Source: an uncultured Thermoplasmatales archaeon (GTDB lineage: Archaea > Thermoplasmatota > E2 > DHVEG-1). Taken from it: DNA of 64,000 nucleotides. A program made the translations under genes and the position numbers. Shown in pieces: positions 1 through 9,916 of the stretch (its first letter is position 1; each line of letters starts with the position of its first letter). The notes beneath the pieces were generated by a model. The model searched no databases and had not been told where the DNA came from. It saw only the letters and a program-made list of their open reading frames with translations. Location: NCBI GenBank assembly GCA_964638155.1, contig CAZWYI010000006.1, forward strand, positions 5,949 through 69,948, given 5' to 3'.

Positions 1-112
1 TCTATTTTTTTCATAGGAGCAGGATAAAGCAAAAACAGATATATAAAAACTATTATCTCTTAATAATCTAAACCTAAAAAAGACCTCGCTGTAATATATG
101 TTGGCGAACAAA

Positions 113-442
113 TTAATTTTGCTTTGTATAATCCCAGTTTTTATACAAATTTTTCCTATTGCCTTCTTTTTTCTTTAAATCCTTTCCACCGTTATATTGA
201 ATATCTATAATAGTTCCTTCTGAATCTCTAAGAAGTATTTTTGATTCGTCTTCTGAAAAATCAGTTGTGAAATATTTACCATTTTTAAAAATTAAGCCGT
301 TTTCAGAATTATATACTGCGTTTTCACCAAATAAAAGCTCTGTATCAACTTCTAAGATGCTGTCCATCTTCTTCATTTTATATGCATCCTCTGCCATTCC
401 TATCATAGTGCGGAAAATTCTTGTTTTTCCTTTGTCTTCCAC
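113..442 (-). CDS. hypothetical protein immediately downstream of hypD. The reading frame stays open upstream to 685 with no ATG/GTG/TTG before the GTG at 442.
   Basis: ORF track gives 109 aa from a GTG start. I translated the upstream frame by hand and it is open for ~80 more codons (…ILWPKKPPEHVNARASKTYNWFWKK…) back to a TAG at 686-688. No recognisable motif. Confidence 0.35.
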   Translation of the reverse strand: MEDKGKTRIFRTMIGMAEDAYKMKKMDSILEVDTELLFGENAVYNSENGLIFKNGKYFTTDFSEDESKILLRDSEGTIIDIQYNGGKDLKKKEGNRKNLYKNWDYTKQN

Positions 443-729
443 ATTTTTTATCTGATCACGAATGTTTGAAATTATAGCAGGGATCTCCTCAATTTTTGTT
501 GGAAGAAGTACTTTTTTCCAAAACCAATTATAAGTTTTACTTGCTCTTGCATTAACATGTTCAGGTGGTTTTTTAGGCCATAGTATGATTTTACCATTTA
601 AAATGCGATGTTTTTTACGCCATTCATTTCTGGCAGTGTCAAGTGCTTTTTTTCTTTCTGAAGTTTTGGAAATATTGTATACCTCCTAAGACCAATTATA
701 GAAATATAGTACGAACTTATGAATGTTGT

Positions 730-1821
730 CTATTTTTCATCGTTTTTTGACGAATAACGGTACTCTATATTGCATGAACCCTCCATACTAACCATGCAGG
801 GACCAACCGGAGAGTCCGGGGTGCATTTTTTTCCAAATAAAGGACAATCAAAGGGTGATACAAGCCCCCTTAGTAGTTCTCCACATCTACAACCTTTTGG
901 TTCAGAAAAATCCTTATTTTTTAATTTAGAAAGAATATTTTTATATTTCTTACGTGCATCATATTTTCCGTATCTATTTTTTAGTTTAAGACCAGATTTT
1001 TTTATTACCGTAAAACCACGCCATTTCATATCGTACTCTTCAAAAACTTTGTTCATAGCTTTTTGAGCGATTTCATTTCCATTTTTGTGGACTGCTCTTT
1101 TGTATTCATTTTCAAGTTTTGGTTTATTATTTTTTATTTGTTTTACAAGCATATAAGATGCCATTAATACATCAATTGGCTCAAAACCAGCAATTACTTG
1201 TGGAACCTTATAATCTTTTGATATGAATTCGTATGGTTTTGATCCAATAATAGTTGATACATGCCCTGGTTCAATTAAACCATCTATTTTTATTTCACCC
1301 ATATCAAGGATAGTTTTCAAAGCATTTGGCATGGTTCTATGGCATGAAAGTATAGAAAAATTATCTGGAGGATTACTTAAAATTGCAGAAGCAGTAGTTG
1401 GTGCTGTTGTCTCAAAACCAACTGCCATAAAAACTACTTCTTTGTCTTTATTTTCTTCTGCTATTTTTACTGCATCTTCAATTCCATAAACTGTTCTAAC
1501 ATCGTGTCCTTCAGATTTTATATCATTTAGAGAGTCTTTTTCTCCAGGAACCCTCATCATATCTCCAAAACTTGTAACAATAATATCATTTTTTGCAAGA
1601 AGAAGCATTTCTTCTATTTCACGAGGTGTTGTAACACATACCGGACAACCCGGCCCCTGTCCAATATATATTCCAGACTCTTTTAAGAGAGAGTCTAAAC
1701 CATTTTTTACAAGTGTGTCTTGATGTGTACCACATACATGCATGAATCTAAGAGTTACATTTTCTTTTTTGATTTTGGAGGTTATTTCTTTTGCTAATTC
1801 TTTATCTTTTAAAGAAAACAA
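730..1821 (-). CDS. hypD: [NiFe]-hydrogenase maturation factor HypD
   Basis: 363 aa with the HypD signature motifs: HVCGTHQ (CGxH), GQGPGCPVC, and a C-terminal CxxC…CPLFGKKC cluster. Confidence 0.9.
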   Translation of the reverse strand: MFSLKDKELAKEITSKIKKENVTLRFMHVCGTHQDTLVKNGLDSLLKESGIYIGQGPGCPVCVTTPREIEEMLLLAKNDIIVTSFGDMMRVPGEKDSLNDIKSEGHDVRTVYGIEDAVKIAEENKDKEVVFMAVGFETTAPTTASAILSNPPDNFSILSCHRTMPNALKTILDMGEIKIDGLIEPGHVSTIIGSKPYEFISKDYKVPQVIAGFEPIDVLMASYMLVKQIKNNKPKLENEYKRAVHKNGNEIAQKAMNKVFEEYDMKWRGFTVIKKSGLKLKNRYGKYDARKKYKNILSKLKNKDFSEPKGCRCGELLRGLVSPFDCPLFGKKCTPDSPVGPCMVSMEGSCNIEYRYSSKNDEK

Positions 1822-2052
1822 TTATCTCTCCTCCATCTCCATCATTTCTTTGAAAAGAGCAAGTGTTTTTTTTGCTTCGGATTCATCTATTATTTCTATT
1901 GCAAAACCAGCATGGACTAGTACATAATCTCCTTTTTTTGGCTTTACTAGTGTAACATTTATTTTTCTTTTTGTCCCGTCTCCATAATCTACTAAAGCAT
2001 GGTTTTTATCTGAATCGATATTTATTATTTTACCAGGTATAGCTAGACACAC
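1822..2052 (-). CDS. hypC: hydrogenase maturation factor HypC
   Basis: 76 aa starting MCLAIPGKI (conserved Cys2 of HypC/HupF), directly upstream of and coupled to hypD. Confidence 0.9.
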   Translation of the reverse strand: MCLAIPGKIINIDSDKNHALVDYGDGTKRKINVTLVKPKKGDYVLVHAGFAIEIIDESEAKKTLALFKEMMEMEER

Positions 2053-2172
2053 AAATCTGGTTTATAAATAACTTTGATATAAAACTAATGGATAGAATTA
2101 ATAACAAAAGCTAAATAACACCATATATTTAGCCTCTCTCAGTTTATCATATATCTATTGGGTGAAAATAGT

Positions 2173-3699
2173 ATGAAAAAATTAGAAGATACCTATTCAG
2201 TATGCCCAGCATGTAATAAGGAAGGAAAAATTGTTAAAATTCCAGCTGAAATAGTAGAAGAAAACGGTAAGGTCTATATTAAAAAGACATGCAAAGAGCA
2301 CGGGACTTTTAAAGAGATTTATTTCAGTGATGCTGATATATATAAAAAATGGATGAAATATAAGGTCATTGGTACAGATTCACCAGATGTAAAAACTAGT
2401 GTTCTTGGTTTTCCTGCTCTTTATGATATTCATAAGTCACAAAGTGTTCTAACTAATCTTCTTGTAACAAATAGATGTAACCTGCGCTGTAGCTATTGTT
2501 TTATGAATGCAGGAGCCTCAGGAATGGTCTATGAACCGTCTTTAAATCAAATAAGGGAGTTACTTATACAAGCAAGAAATGAGCGTCCATTAGGCTCTAA
2601 AGCCCTTCAAATTACAGGCGGCGAACCTACAATTCGGGAGGATCTTTTTGATATAATTGATATGGGAAAGGAACTTGGTTTTTCACATATGCAGCTTAAT
2701 ACAAATGCTTTGAAACTTGCTGATAGCGCTGAATACTGTAGAAAAATAAAAGAACACGGTGTAAACACAATTTACATGAGTTTTGATGGTGTCACAAAGG
2801 ACACAAACCCTTGGATTGATATGAATAAAAAAGCAATTGATAATATGCGAGAGGTTAATTTAAAATGTGTTTTAGTCCCTGTTTTAATCAATGGTAAAAA
2901 TCTTCATGAGACAGGTAAAATAGTTCAATTTGCACTGGATAACATGGATATAATACGTGGTGTTAATTTTCAGCCAATTAGTTTCTGCGGGAGAGTTACA
3001 AAGGTTAAAGATGAACGAAGAGACAGTCAGCGTGTTGATTATGTCACAATGATTGAAGCAATTGAAAAAGAGTTTGATAATAAGATATCTAGAGATGATT
3101 TTTATCCTGTACCATTTGTTTTTCCTATTTCAAAATTAATAGAGATGCTTAAAGGCGAAAGCCAGGTAGAGTTTACTGCTCATCCGGGTTGTGGTGGTGC
3201 AACATATGTATTTGTAGATGATAGTGGAGAACCAATTCCTGTTACTCGTTTTATAGATGTGGAAGGTTTATTTGATTTTATTGATAAAGAGAGTCAAATA
3301 AAAGGTCCGCTTAAAAAAATACGGATTGCATCTGCTTTTCTAAAACATATTGATGATTATGTTGATTATGATAAAGCACCACATGGCTTTAATCTTAAAA
3401 AACTACTTAAGGATGCAGCAATAGGTGGAAGCTATGATTCTTTACGCGGTTTTCATTACAAGAGTCTTTTTATTGGCTCTATGTGGTTCCAGGATTCATT
3501 TAATTTAAATATTGATAGGCTTAAGAGATGTGTAATTCACTATACCACGTTTGAAGGAATAATTCCATTCTGTACATATAATGGACTAGGAATTGGCGAT
3601 AAAATACGGGAGAAACATTCAACTCCTATAAAAGAATGGGAAGAAAAAACTGGTAAGAAATTAAAGGATGATCTTAGAAAAGATGTACCTTTAACCTAG
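2173..3699 (+). CDS. radical SAM protein with an N-terminal CxxC…CxxH zinc-ribbon/rubredoxin-like motif; possibly Tes/GDGT-MAS-like
   Basis: CNLRCSYCF (CxxxCxxC radical-SAM cluster motif); an N-terminal CPACN…(22 aa)…CKEHG motif; ~9 additional Cys that could ligate auxiliary clusters. Start moved from the track's TTG at 2158 to the ATG at 2173, which follows a GGTGA RBS. Confidence 0.7.
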   Translation: MKKLEDTYSVCPACNKEGKIVKIPAEIVEENGKVYIKKTCKEHGTFKEIYFSDADIYKKWMKYKVIGTDSPDVKTSVLGFPALYDIHKSQSVLTNLLVTNRCNLRCSYCFMNAGASGMVYEPSLNQIRELLIQARNERPLGSKALQITGGEPTIREDLFDIIDMGKELGFSHMQLNTNALKLADSAEYCRKIKEHGVNTIYMSFDGVTKDTNPWIDMNKKAIDNMREVNLKCVLVPVLINGKNLHETGKIVQFALDNMDIIRGVNFQPISFCGRVTKVKDERRDSQRVDYVTMIEAIEKEFDNKISRDDFYPVPFVFPISKLIEMLKGESQVEFTAHPGCGGATYVFVDDSGEPIPVTRFIDVEGLFDFIDKESQIKGPLKKIRIASAFLKHIDDYVDYDKAPHGFNLKKLLKDAAIGGSYDSLRGFHYKSLFIGSMWFQDSFNLNIDRLKRCVIHYTTFEGIIPFCTYNGLGIGDKIREKHSTPIKEWEEKTGKKLKDDLRKDVPLT

Positions 3700-3705
3700 T
3701 ATCTA

Positions 3706-4233
3706 TTAAAAAAAATCTTTTAACTTATCGATCTCAGGATTAACTATCCCTTGTATTTTTGCTGGAAATATACCTTCTATCAAGGTTACCTCTGTTAAAA
3801 CTTTTTTATATCTTTCTCTAAAAAGTTCACTTACTTTTTTTGCTTGTGTGATATCTGGAGCGGTAAAAATAATAAGCCAATCATAGGGACCATGGATAAA
3901 CATACTTGTAATCATCTCACAGCCAATATTTTTTATGTGGTCATCTATCTCTCGAGAGGTAATATTTTCTATTATAGACGGTTTTACAGGTACTGGTGAT
4001 CTTTTTAAAAGTAAAACATAGGTATTTAGATCATTTTTTTCTTCATCTATAACTGCACTATATCCCCAGATATTATTATTTTTTTCAAGTCTTTTAATAA
4101 TTCTCCATACCTTCTGTCTGGAGAAACCACATTTTTTAGCTATTTCATTTATACTTTTATTAGAGTTTTTCTTAAGTTCTTCAATAACCTTTTTTTCATC
4201 AATATCTATTTGTTTTTTACTATTTTTAGGCAT
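3706..4233 (-). CDS. Lrp/AsnC family transcriptional regulator
   Basis: N-terminal HTH (SINEIAKKCGFSRQKVWRIIKRLE) plus a C-terminal AsnC-type RAM domain; 175 aa. Confidence 0.8.
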   Translation of the reverse strand: MPKNSKKQIDIDEKKVIEELKKNSNKSINEIAKKCGFSRQKVWRIIKRLEKNNNIWGYSAVIDEEKNDLNTYVLLLKRSPVPVKPSIIENITSREIDDHIKNIGCEMITSMFIHGPYDWLIIFTAPDITQAKKVSELFRERYKKVLTEVTLIEGIFPAKIQGIVNPEIDKLKDFF

Positions 4234-4339
4234 TTAAAATACACCTTAATTATATTCTAATATATTTACTCATATAAATACTAGTCAGTTCTTTTTATTT
4301 ATCCTTTTACATCATTTTTCTTATTATCATAAATAAGTT

Positions 4340-4768
4340 TCATTCAATGATTTTGTAAGAATAATCAATTTTTACTCCTGCTTTTGATAGCATAGCAGCA
4401 ACTGGACAGTATTTATTCTGCGAGAGTTCAATTGCTTTTTTTACTTGTTTTTTACTTATTTTTCCATAGAAAATATATTCTAGATTTATTTTTGTAAAAA
4501 CCTTCGGATGTTCTTTTTGTTTTTCTCCTATAATATTTATTTCCATTTTTTCATATTCTGCACGTTTTTTCTTTAATATAGATGCAACGTCACTTCCGGT
4601 ACAACTACCAAGTGAAATTAAAATAAGTTCCATAGGTCGAGAAGCTGCTTCAGCGCCTCCAAATTTTTCTGGGCCATCTATTGTTATCCAGTGATTAGTG
4701 TCTCCTTTTCCTACAAATGTTAAGCCTTCAACTTGTTTGATTTTTACTTCCATGAAAGATTGAAACAA
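4340..4768 (-). CDS. OsmC/Ohr family peroxiredoxin-like protein
   Basis: 142 aa; conserved Cys pair (GSCTGSD … KYCPVAAML), as in OsmC. Confidence 0.75.
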   Translation of the reverse strand: MFQSFMEVKIKQVEGLTFVGKGDTNHWITIDGPEKFGGAEAASRPMELILISLGSCTGSDVASILKKKRAEYEKMEINIIGEKQKEHPKVFTKINLEYIFYGKISKKQVKKAIELSQNKYCPVAAMLSKAGVKIDYSYKIIE

Positions 4769-4774
4769 TAAAAC

Positions 4775-5425
4775 CTATATTTCAATCTTTCTTCCTACTC
4801 CGCCTGAGATAAAAGATTCTGAATATAGTTTTTTAATTTCTTTTATATGTTTTGTACAATGTGTAGGACATATTAGTTCCATATTTTTTAAAATAGAAAA
4901 TTCATTAAAACCATGAAGTCCTCCAATTATTCCTCTAATCTCTCCATATTCTTTAGCTTTATTTAATATATTTTTTACACCGTTATGTGAGCATCCAGCA
5001 AGGACAAACCAACCGTTTTTTCCTTTTAATATAAGGGATTGTTCATCCACTGGAGTTCCTGGCATTTTGCCAGTTGAATAGATCTTTTCAGAAATCTTGA
5101 TAGGATCCGTAACAGATACAAAAGAATTTTTTTCTGTTTTAGTTTCGTTGAATCTATAGATAGTAGTACCCTTTTTTAGAAAAGCAATAAGACCTTTTAA
5201 TCCGCCGTTATGATCCCCGTGCTCATGAGATATAACAATCTTTGAGATTGTTTTTGGGTCAATCTCAAGGATTTTCATATTATTAGTTAGAATATCACTT
5301 TTACCTCCTGTATCAAACAGTATGGTCTCTTCGTCTGTTTTTATAATACAAGAAAATCCCCAATCTGATTTAAGATTTAGATTTTTGTTATGAACTTTAT
5401 TGTCATATACTATGATCAATTTCAT
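4775..5425 (-). CDS. MBL-fold metallo-hydrolase
   Basis: HEHGDHNGG (HxHxDH zinc-binding motif); 216 aa. Confidence 0.8.
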   Translation of the reverse strand: MKLIIVYDNKVHNKNLNLKSDWGFSCIIKTDEETILFDTGGKSDILTNNMKILEIDPKTISKIVISHEHGDHNGGLKGLIAFLKKGTTIYRFNETKTEKNSFVSVTDPIKISEKIYSTGKMPGTPVDEQSLILKGKNGWFVLAGCSHNGVKNILNKAKEYGEIRGIIGGLHGFNEFSILKNMELICPTHCTKHIKEIKKLYSESFISGGVGRKIEI

Positions 5426-5427
5426 GT

Positions 5428-6138
5428 TTATTCTCCTATATTTTCTATTTTTTTTAAGGCAAATTTAACTGCAGCTTTTGCATGTATATTTATTGTATCA
5501 AAAATTGGAATATCAACATCTTCTTGTTTTATTAATAAAGGAATCTCTGTACATCCTAAAATTATTCCTTGAGCATTTTTTGATATTAGTTTTTCTATTA
5601 TTTTTTTGAATTTTTGTTTTGATTTTTCTTTTATGATTTCGTTGGATAATTCATTAAAAATTATATTTTCTATTAGTTCTTGGTCTTTTTTTTCTGGTAC
5701 TATTACTTCAATATTATATTTTTCTTTTATTCTTTTTTTGATGAAATCTTCGTTCATTGTATATTTTGTTCCGAGAAGCCCCACTTTTTTTAGATTTTTT
5801 TCTTTTATCTTTTCTGCTGTTGCATCTGCTATATGTATAAGAGGAATTTTTATGTTCTCTATTATTTTATCTGCAATTTTATGAGGAGTATTAGCACATA
5901 TTATAAGTAATTCAGCTCCAGAAATTTCTAATATATTTGCAATTTTTATAAAACGCTTTTCAATTTCTTTCCAGTTATTCCAGTTTTTAGTCATAGTTTC
6001 TTCAAAATCAATAGAATAAAGTATGCATTCTGCAGAATGGGTTTTTCCAAGCTTTTCATTTACTTCTTTATTTATTATCTTATAATATTCCTTTGTTGAT
6101 GCCCATGTAGTTCCACCTATCATACCAATTGTTTTCAT
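5428..6138 (-). CDS. aspartate/glutamate racemase family protein
   Basis: 236 aa; MIGGTTWASTKEYY N-terminus and GCTEIPLL catalytic-Cys region typical of Asp racemase. Confidence 0.8.
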   Translation of the reverse strand: MKTIGMIGGTTWASTKEYYKIINKEVNEKLGKTHSAECILYSIDFEETMTKNWNNWKEIEKRFIKIANILEISGAELLIICANTPHKIADKIIENIKIPLIHIADATAEKIKEKNLKKVGLLGTKYTMNEDFIKKRIKEKYNIEVIVPEKKDQELIENIIFNELSNEIIKEKSKQKFKKIIEKLISKNAQGIILGCTEIPLLIKQEDVDIPIFDTINIHAKAAVKFALKKIENIGE

Positions 6139-6203
6139 ATTTATTCTTCCTCAACAGAATTTCTAAAAACTATAATTATTTAAGGTTTCATAAACAATCT
6201 CTT

Positions 6204-6440
6204 TTATTTTGTTTCAAAAGAGTGCTGTTTCATATCAATCATTTTCTTTTTTTCTATTCCAAGAATATTGCCACAAATGCATTTTACCACTTTTTTATCA
6301 TGAATGCTTTCATCTTCAAGAATTCTATTTTTCCATAAATGAATTATTTTTCCTTTGCCAAATTTTATATATCGAAAAACTTTTTTCCCGCATTTGTTAC
6401 ATAAGACATCATATGTTTTTCTTCTCATAATATACATCAA
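6204..6440 (-). CDS. small zinc-ribbon protein (CxxC…CxC), hypothetical
   Basis: 78 aa, basic, with C14/C17 and C54/C56. No other homology recognised. The sense assignment against the overlapping + strand ORFs is uncertain. Confidence 0.4.
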   Translation of the reverse strand: MMYIMRRKTYDVLCNKCGKKVFRYIKFGKGKIIHLWKNRILEDESIHDKKVVKCICGNILGIEKKKMIDMKQHSFETK

Positions 6441-6446
6441 TTGATA

Positions 6447-7361
6447 TTATTCTAATTTAAATAAATCTGTACTAAGATATCTATCGCCCCTATCTGGAAA
6501 AATAGTGACAATTACTCCTTTTTCTGCATTTTTTGCTGTTTCAATTGATGCAAGCATAGCTGCACCACTGCTCATTCCTGCAAAAATCCCTTCATTTTTT
6601 GCAAGTTTTCTTGTCATCTCAAATGCTTTTTCAGATTCTATCATAACTTCTATATCTATATTTGATGGATCATAAATTGATGGGACTATTGCCTCTTCCA
6701 TATTTTTTAACCCCTGGATGTAGTGTCCAGTTACCGGATGAGCACATACGATTTTTACATTTGGATTGCATTCTTTTAAATATTTTCCAACACCCATAAT
6801 TGTTCCAGAGGTTCCAATTGCTGATACAAAATAATCAATTCTACCGCGGGTTTGTTCTAGTATTTCTCCTGCTGTTGTTTCATAGTGTGCAATTTTATTA
6901 TATTTATTTGTAAATTGATCTGTGCAAAAATATTTATCAGGATGTTTTTTGAGAAGTTCATTTACTTTTAAAATAGCTCCATCTGTACCCTTTTCTGCAT
7001 CTGTGAGAATTATATCAGCACCGAATGCCTTAATTGTTTTCCTTCTTTCTTTTGATACCGCACTGCTCATAACTATTGAAACATTGTATCCTTTAATTGA
7101 ACCTATCATGGATAGAGCTATACCAGTATTTCCTGATGTTGCTTCAATAATTGTTTTATCTTTTGTTAGTTTCCCCTCAGATTCAGCTTGCTCTATCATT
7201 TTTAAAGCTATCCTATCTTTAATACTTCCCCCAGGATTATTTCCTTCAAGCTTTGCATAAATTTCAACATTAGGATTAGGATTAAGATTATTTATTTTTA
7301 CAAGAGGAGTATTTCCTATTAAATCAAGAATGTTATTTCCTACATTTTTGTTGTTTATCAT
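6447..7361 (-). CDS. cysK: cysteine synthase / O-acetylserine sulfhydrylase (PLP-dependent)
   Basis: KLEGNNPGGSIKDRIA PLP-lysine motif and a GTSGT-like glycine loop; 304 aa. Confidence 0.85.
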   Translation of the reverse strand: MINNKNVGNNILDLIGNTPLVKINNLNPNPNVEIYAKLEGNNPGGSIKDRIALKMIEQAESEGKLTKDKTIIEATSGNTGIALSMIGSIKGYNVSIVMSSAVSKERRKTIKAFGADIILTDAEKGTDGAILKVNELLKKHPDKYFCTDQFTNKYNKIAHYETTAGEILEQTRGRIDYFVSAIGTSGTIMGVGKYLKECNPNVKIVCAHPVTGHYIQGLKNMEEAIVPSIYDPSNIDIEVMIESEKAFEMTRKLAKNEGIFAGMSSGAAMLASIETAKNAEKGVIVTIFPDRGDRYLSTDLFKLE

Positions 7362-7495
7362 TACTAACCCTCTAAAAATAATTTTTAAAAACTATTTAAT
7401 ACATATGAAAAAAAAGAATTAACAACAGCTACAGATTAGATTGTTCATATGTATCGTTCCAGAAATAAAAATAAAAAATAGGTTCTTAAATTTTT

Positions 7496-7867
7496 TTATA
7501 GATGTTTTTTGATTATTTTTTTTATTTCACCAACAGACTTTGTACCTCTAATATTTGCAATTTCTTTTCCATTTTTAAAAAGGATAAAATTAGGTATACT
7601 CATGACCTTATATTTTTTTGCTATATCTTGATTTTTTTGTGTATTTACTTTTCCAAAAGCAACGTTTCCTTCAAATAATTTAGAGAGTCTTCTCATACGC
7701 GGACTCATTTTTCTACATGGTGCACACCACGGTGCCCAAAAATCTATAAAACACAGAGGATATTTTTCAATAAATTCATAAAAATTTTTTTCATTTAAAT
7801 TTTCAGTGTAGCTAGGCCATTTAATGTTTTCTTTGTTTTTTTCGTCCTTTTTTTTAAAAAATTTCAT
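7496..7867 (-). CDS. trx: thioredoxin
   Basis: WAPWCAPCRKM (WCxPC active site); 123 aa with an N-terminal extension. Confidence 0.85.
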   Translation of the reverse strand: MKFFKKKDEKNKENIKWPSYTENLNEKNFYEFIEKYPLCFIDFWAPWCAPCRKMSPRMRRLSKLFEGNVAFGKVNTQKNQDIAKKYKVMSIPNFILFKNGKEIANIRGTKSVGEIKKIIKKHL

Positions 7868-7871
7868 TTTA

Positions 7872-8222
7872 TCAATTTTTTATTGGTATTAGACAAAGAA
7901 ACTTAAGTATTTTAGATCCAGTATTCACAAACTGATGCCATTCCATAGGTTTTACAAAAAATACATCACCTTTTTTAAAAGGTTTTTTTGTTTCTTTGTT
8001 TCTAGCTTCACCTTTTCCTTGTAAAATAAAAACTTCATGTTCCCAGTCATGCCTGTGAAGTGGTGTATGTCCATCTGGTTTTATTTCGAAAAGACGCATT
8101 GCAAAGTTTTCTGCTCCATCTTTTTTACCTATTAACCATCGCAATTTAGTATCTTTAACTCCTTCTTCAGAAGGAGTATCAAGCTTAACATCTGTATAAT
8201 GTACATGTTTCATAAATAACAC
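7872..8222 (-). CDS. cupin domain protein
   Basis: HRHDWEHEVFILQGKG cupin motif 1; 116 aa. Confidence 0.7.
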   Translation of the reverse strand: MLFMKHVHYTDVKLDTPSEEGVKDTKLRWLIGKKDGAENFAMRLFEIKPDGHTPLHRHDWEHEVFILQGKGEARNKETKKPFKKGDVFFVKPMEWHQFVNTGSKILKFLCLIPIKN

Positions 8223-9137
8223 CTAGATTTTTTCTTTTATTTTATTCCACATATATTTGATTTCTTTTGAAATATTTAAATCAGGATCATATTCAATAAT
8301 ATTTTTTTCTTCGATAAGTGCTTTTGTAATATTAGTATCATATGGTATTTTTCCAACTACTTCTACATTTTTAGTTTTACAATATTTTTCAATTCGTTCA
8401 GAATTTTTTTTATTTATATCATATTTATTGATGCATAATAAAGCAGGTATATCAAAATGGTTTGCAACATCAATTATTCTTTCCATATCACTTATTCCAG
8501 AAAGAGTAGGTTCAGTAACAATTAAAACAAGATCCACACCCGTTATCGCTGAAATTACAGGACAACCTATCCCTGGTGGTCCATCAATTATTATTAAATC
8601 AAGGTTTTTTTCTTCAGCTATTTTTTTTGCATTTTCCCTAACTACTGTTACTAGTTTACCTGATGCTTCTTCAGCAGTTTTTAAAACAGCATGTGCCATA
8701 GGTCCAAAGCGTGATTCAGAAATATATGAAAAACCAGATTCTCGATCAACCATTTTTATTGCATCTACTGGACACACATATTCACATACCCCGCATCCTT
8801 CACATAATGATTTTTTAACAATTATTCTATCATCTATTGCATCAAATCTACAGTTTTCAATGCATTTTTTACATTCAATACATTTATCATTATCTATTTT
8901 AGCTAATTTTAAACCATGAAAACCCATGGTTTTTTTAATTTCAGGTCTTAAAATTAAATGTAGATCTGCTGCATCTACATCACAATCAGCAAAAACAGAA
9001 TTTTCTGCAAGGCTTGCAAAGGCACCTGTAATACTAGTTTTTCCAGTTCCTCCTTTTCCGCTAATTACTGTTAACTCTTTGATTTTTCCACCTCCTCTGT
9101 AATTTTGGAAAAAACTTTTTTGAATTCTTCTTTCCAA
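8223..9137 (-). CDS. MinD/ParA-family P-loop ATPase with an inserted 2x[4Fe-4S] ferredoxin domain
   Basis: ISGKGGTGKT Walker A; CIECKKCIENC and CEGCGVCEYVCP ferredoxin motifs. The 67-nt overlap with the upstream paralogue leaves the true start uncertain. Confidence 0.8.
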   Translation of the reverse strand: MERRIQKSFFQNYRGGGKIKELTVISGKGGTGKTSITGAFASLAENSVFADCDVDAADLHLILRPEIKKTMGFHGLKLAKIDNDKCIECKKCIENCRFDAIDDRIIVKKSLCEGCGVCEYVCPVDAIKMVDRESGFSYISESRFGPMAHAVLKTAEEASGKLVTVVRENAKKIAEEKNLDLIIIDGPPGIGCPVISAITGVDLVLIVTEPTLSGISDMERIIDVANHFDIPALLCINKYDINKKNSERIEKYCKTKNVEVVGKIPYDTNITKALIEEKNIIEYDPDLNISKEIKYMWNKIKEKI

Positions 9138-9916
9138 AAAGAAAGCCTCTTTACAAAAGGAGTTCCATCTGAATAAAGCTCTGCTATTTCTTCACTTTGA
9201 GGAATCTTTAATAGAATTGGGATTTTTTCCTGCTGGCAGTAAATTTCTACTTTGTTGTCACCTACGCCATCCCTGTTTATAATAACACCAAATGGTACAT
9301 TAAGAAGCCTTACTGTTTCTACTGCAATTTTTAAATCATTAAGGCCAAAGGGCGTAGGTTCAGTAACTAAAATACAGTAATCTGATTCTTCAACTGTTTC
9401 AACAAAGGGACAGGCTGCTCCTGGTGGAGCGTCAAGTATTACATTTTTATTTTTATCAATTTTTTTCTTTAATTTTTTTAAAACAGGTATAGCTTGTATT
9501 TCACCAATATTTAAAAAACCTTGATAGAAATCAATATCTTCTTTTTTTCCATGTTCTATTTTACCAATTTTCCTTGTTTTATAATCTATTGCATTTTCTG
9601 GGCAGACTAGTTTGCATCCTCCGCAGGAGTGACACAGCTCATGGAAAACAAGTACATCTTTTTTAATTACAGCAAGTGCATTATATTTACAGAAATTTGA
9701 GCATTTACCACAAAAACTGCATTTTTCTTTGTCTATTTCAGGAATCAAAACATTTACATTTTCAGATTCAAAAATATCTGTTTTTAAAAAAATATTTGAA
9801 TCCGGTTCTTCTACATCGCAGTCTAAAAACTGAACATTATCAATACTTAATGCAAGGTTTGTTGAAACTGTAGTTTTTCCGGTTCCACCTTTTCCACTTG
9901 CAACAGATATTATCAT
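9071..9916 (-). CDS. MinD/ParA-family P-loop ATPase with an inserted 4Fe-4S ferredoxin domain (paralogue)
   Basis: ASGKGGTGKT Walker A; CSFCGKCSNFC and CHSCGGCKLVCP motifs. Confidence 0.8.
   Translation of the reverse strand: MIISVASGKGGTGKTTVSTNLALSIDNVQFLDCDVEEPDSNIFLKTDIFESENVNVLIPEIDKEKCSFCGKCSNFCKYNALAVIKKDVLVFHELCHSCGGCKLVCPENAIDYKTRKIGKIEHGKKEDIDFYQGFLNIGEIQAIPVLKKLKKKIDKNKNVILDAPPGAACPFVETVEESDYCILVTEPTPFGLNDLKIAVETVRLLNVPFGVIINRDGVGDNKVEIYCQQEKIPILLKIPQSEEIAELYSDGTPFVKRLSFWKEEFKKVFSKITEEVEKSKS

Noticed and set aside
8257-8919. 220-aa + strand ORF antisense to the MinD/Fd ATPase gene; similar antisense ORFs at 6922-7260, 12347-13091, 14308-16490, 35860-36132, 39884-40195 and 60424-60903
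   Set aside because: They overlap well-supported genes with clear motifs on the opposite strand and show hydrophobic or low-complexity composition typical of antisense reading of AT-rich coding DNA.
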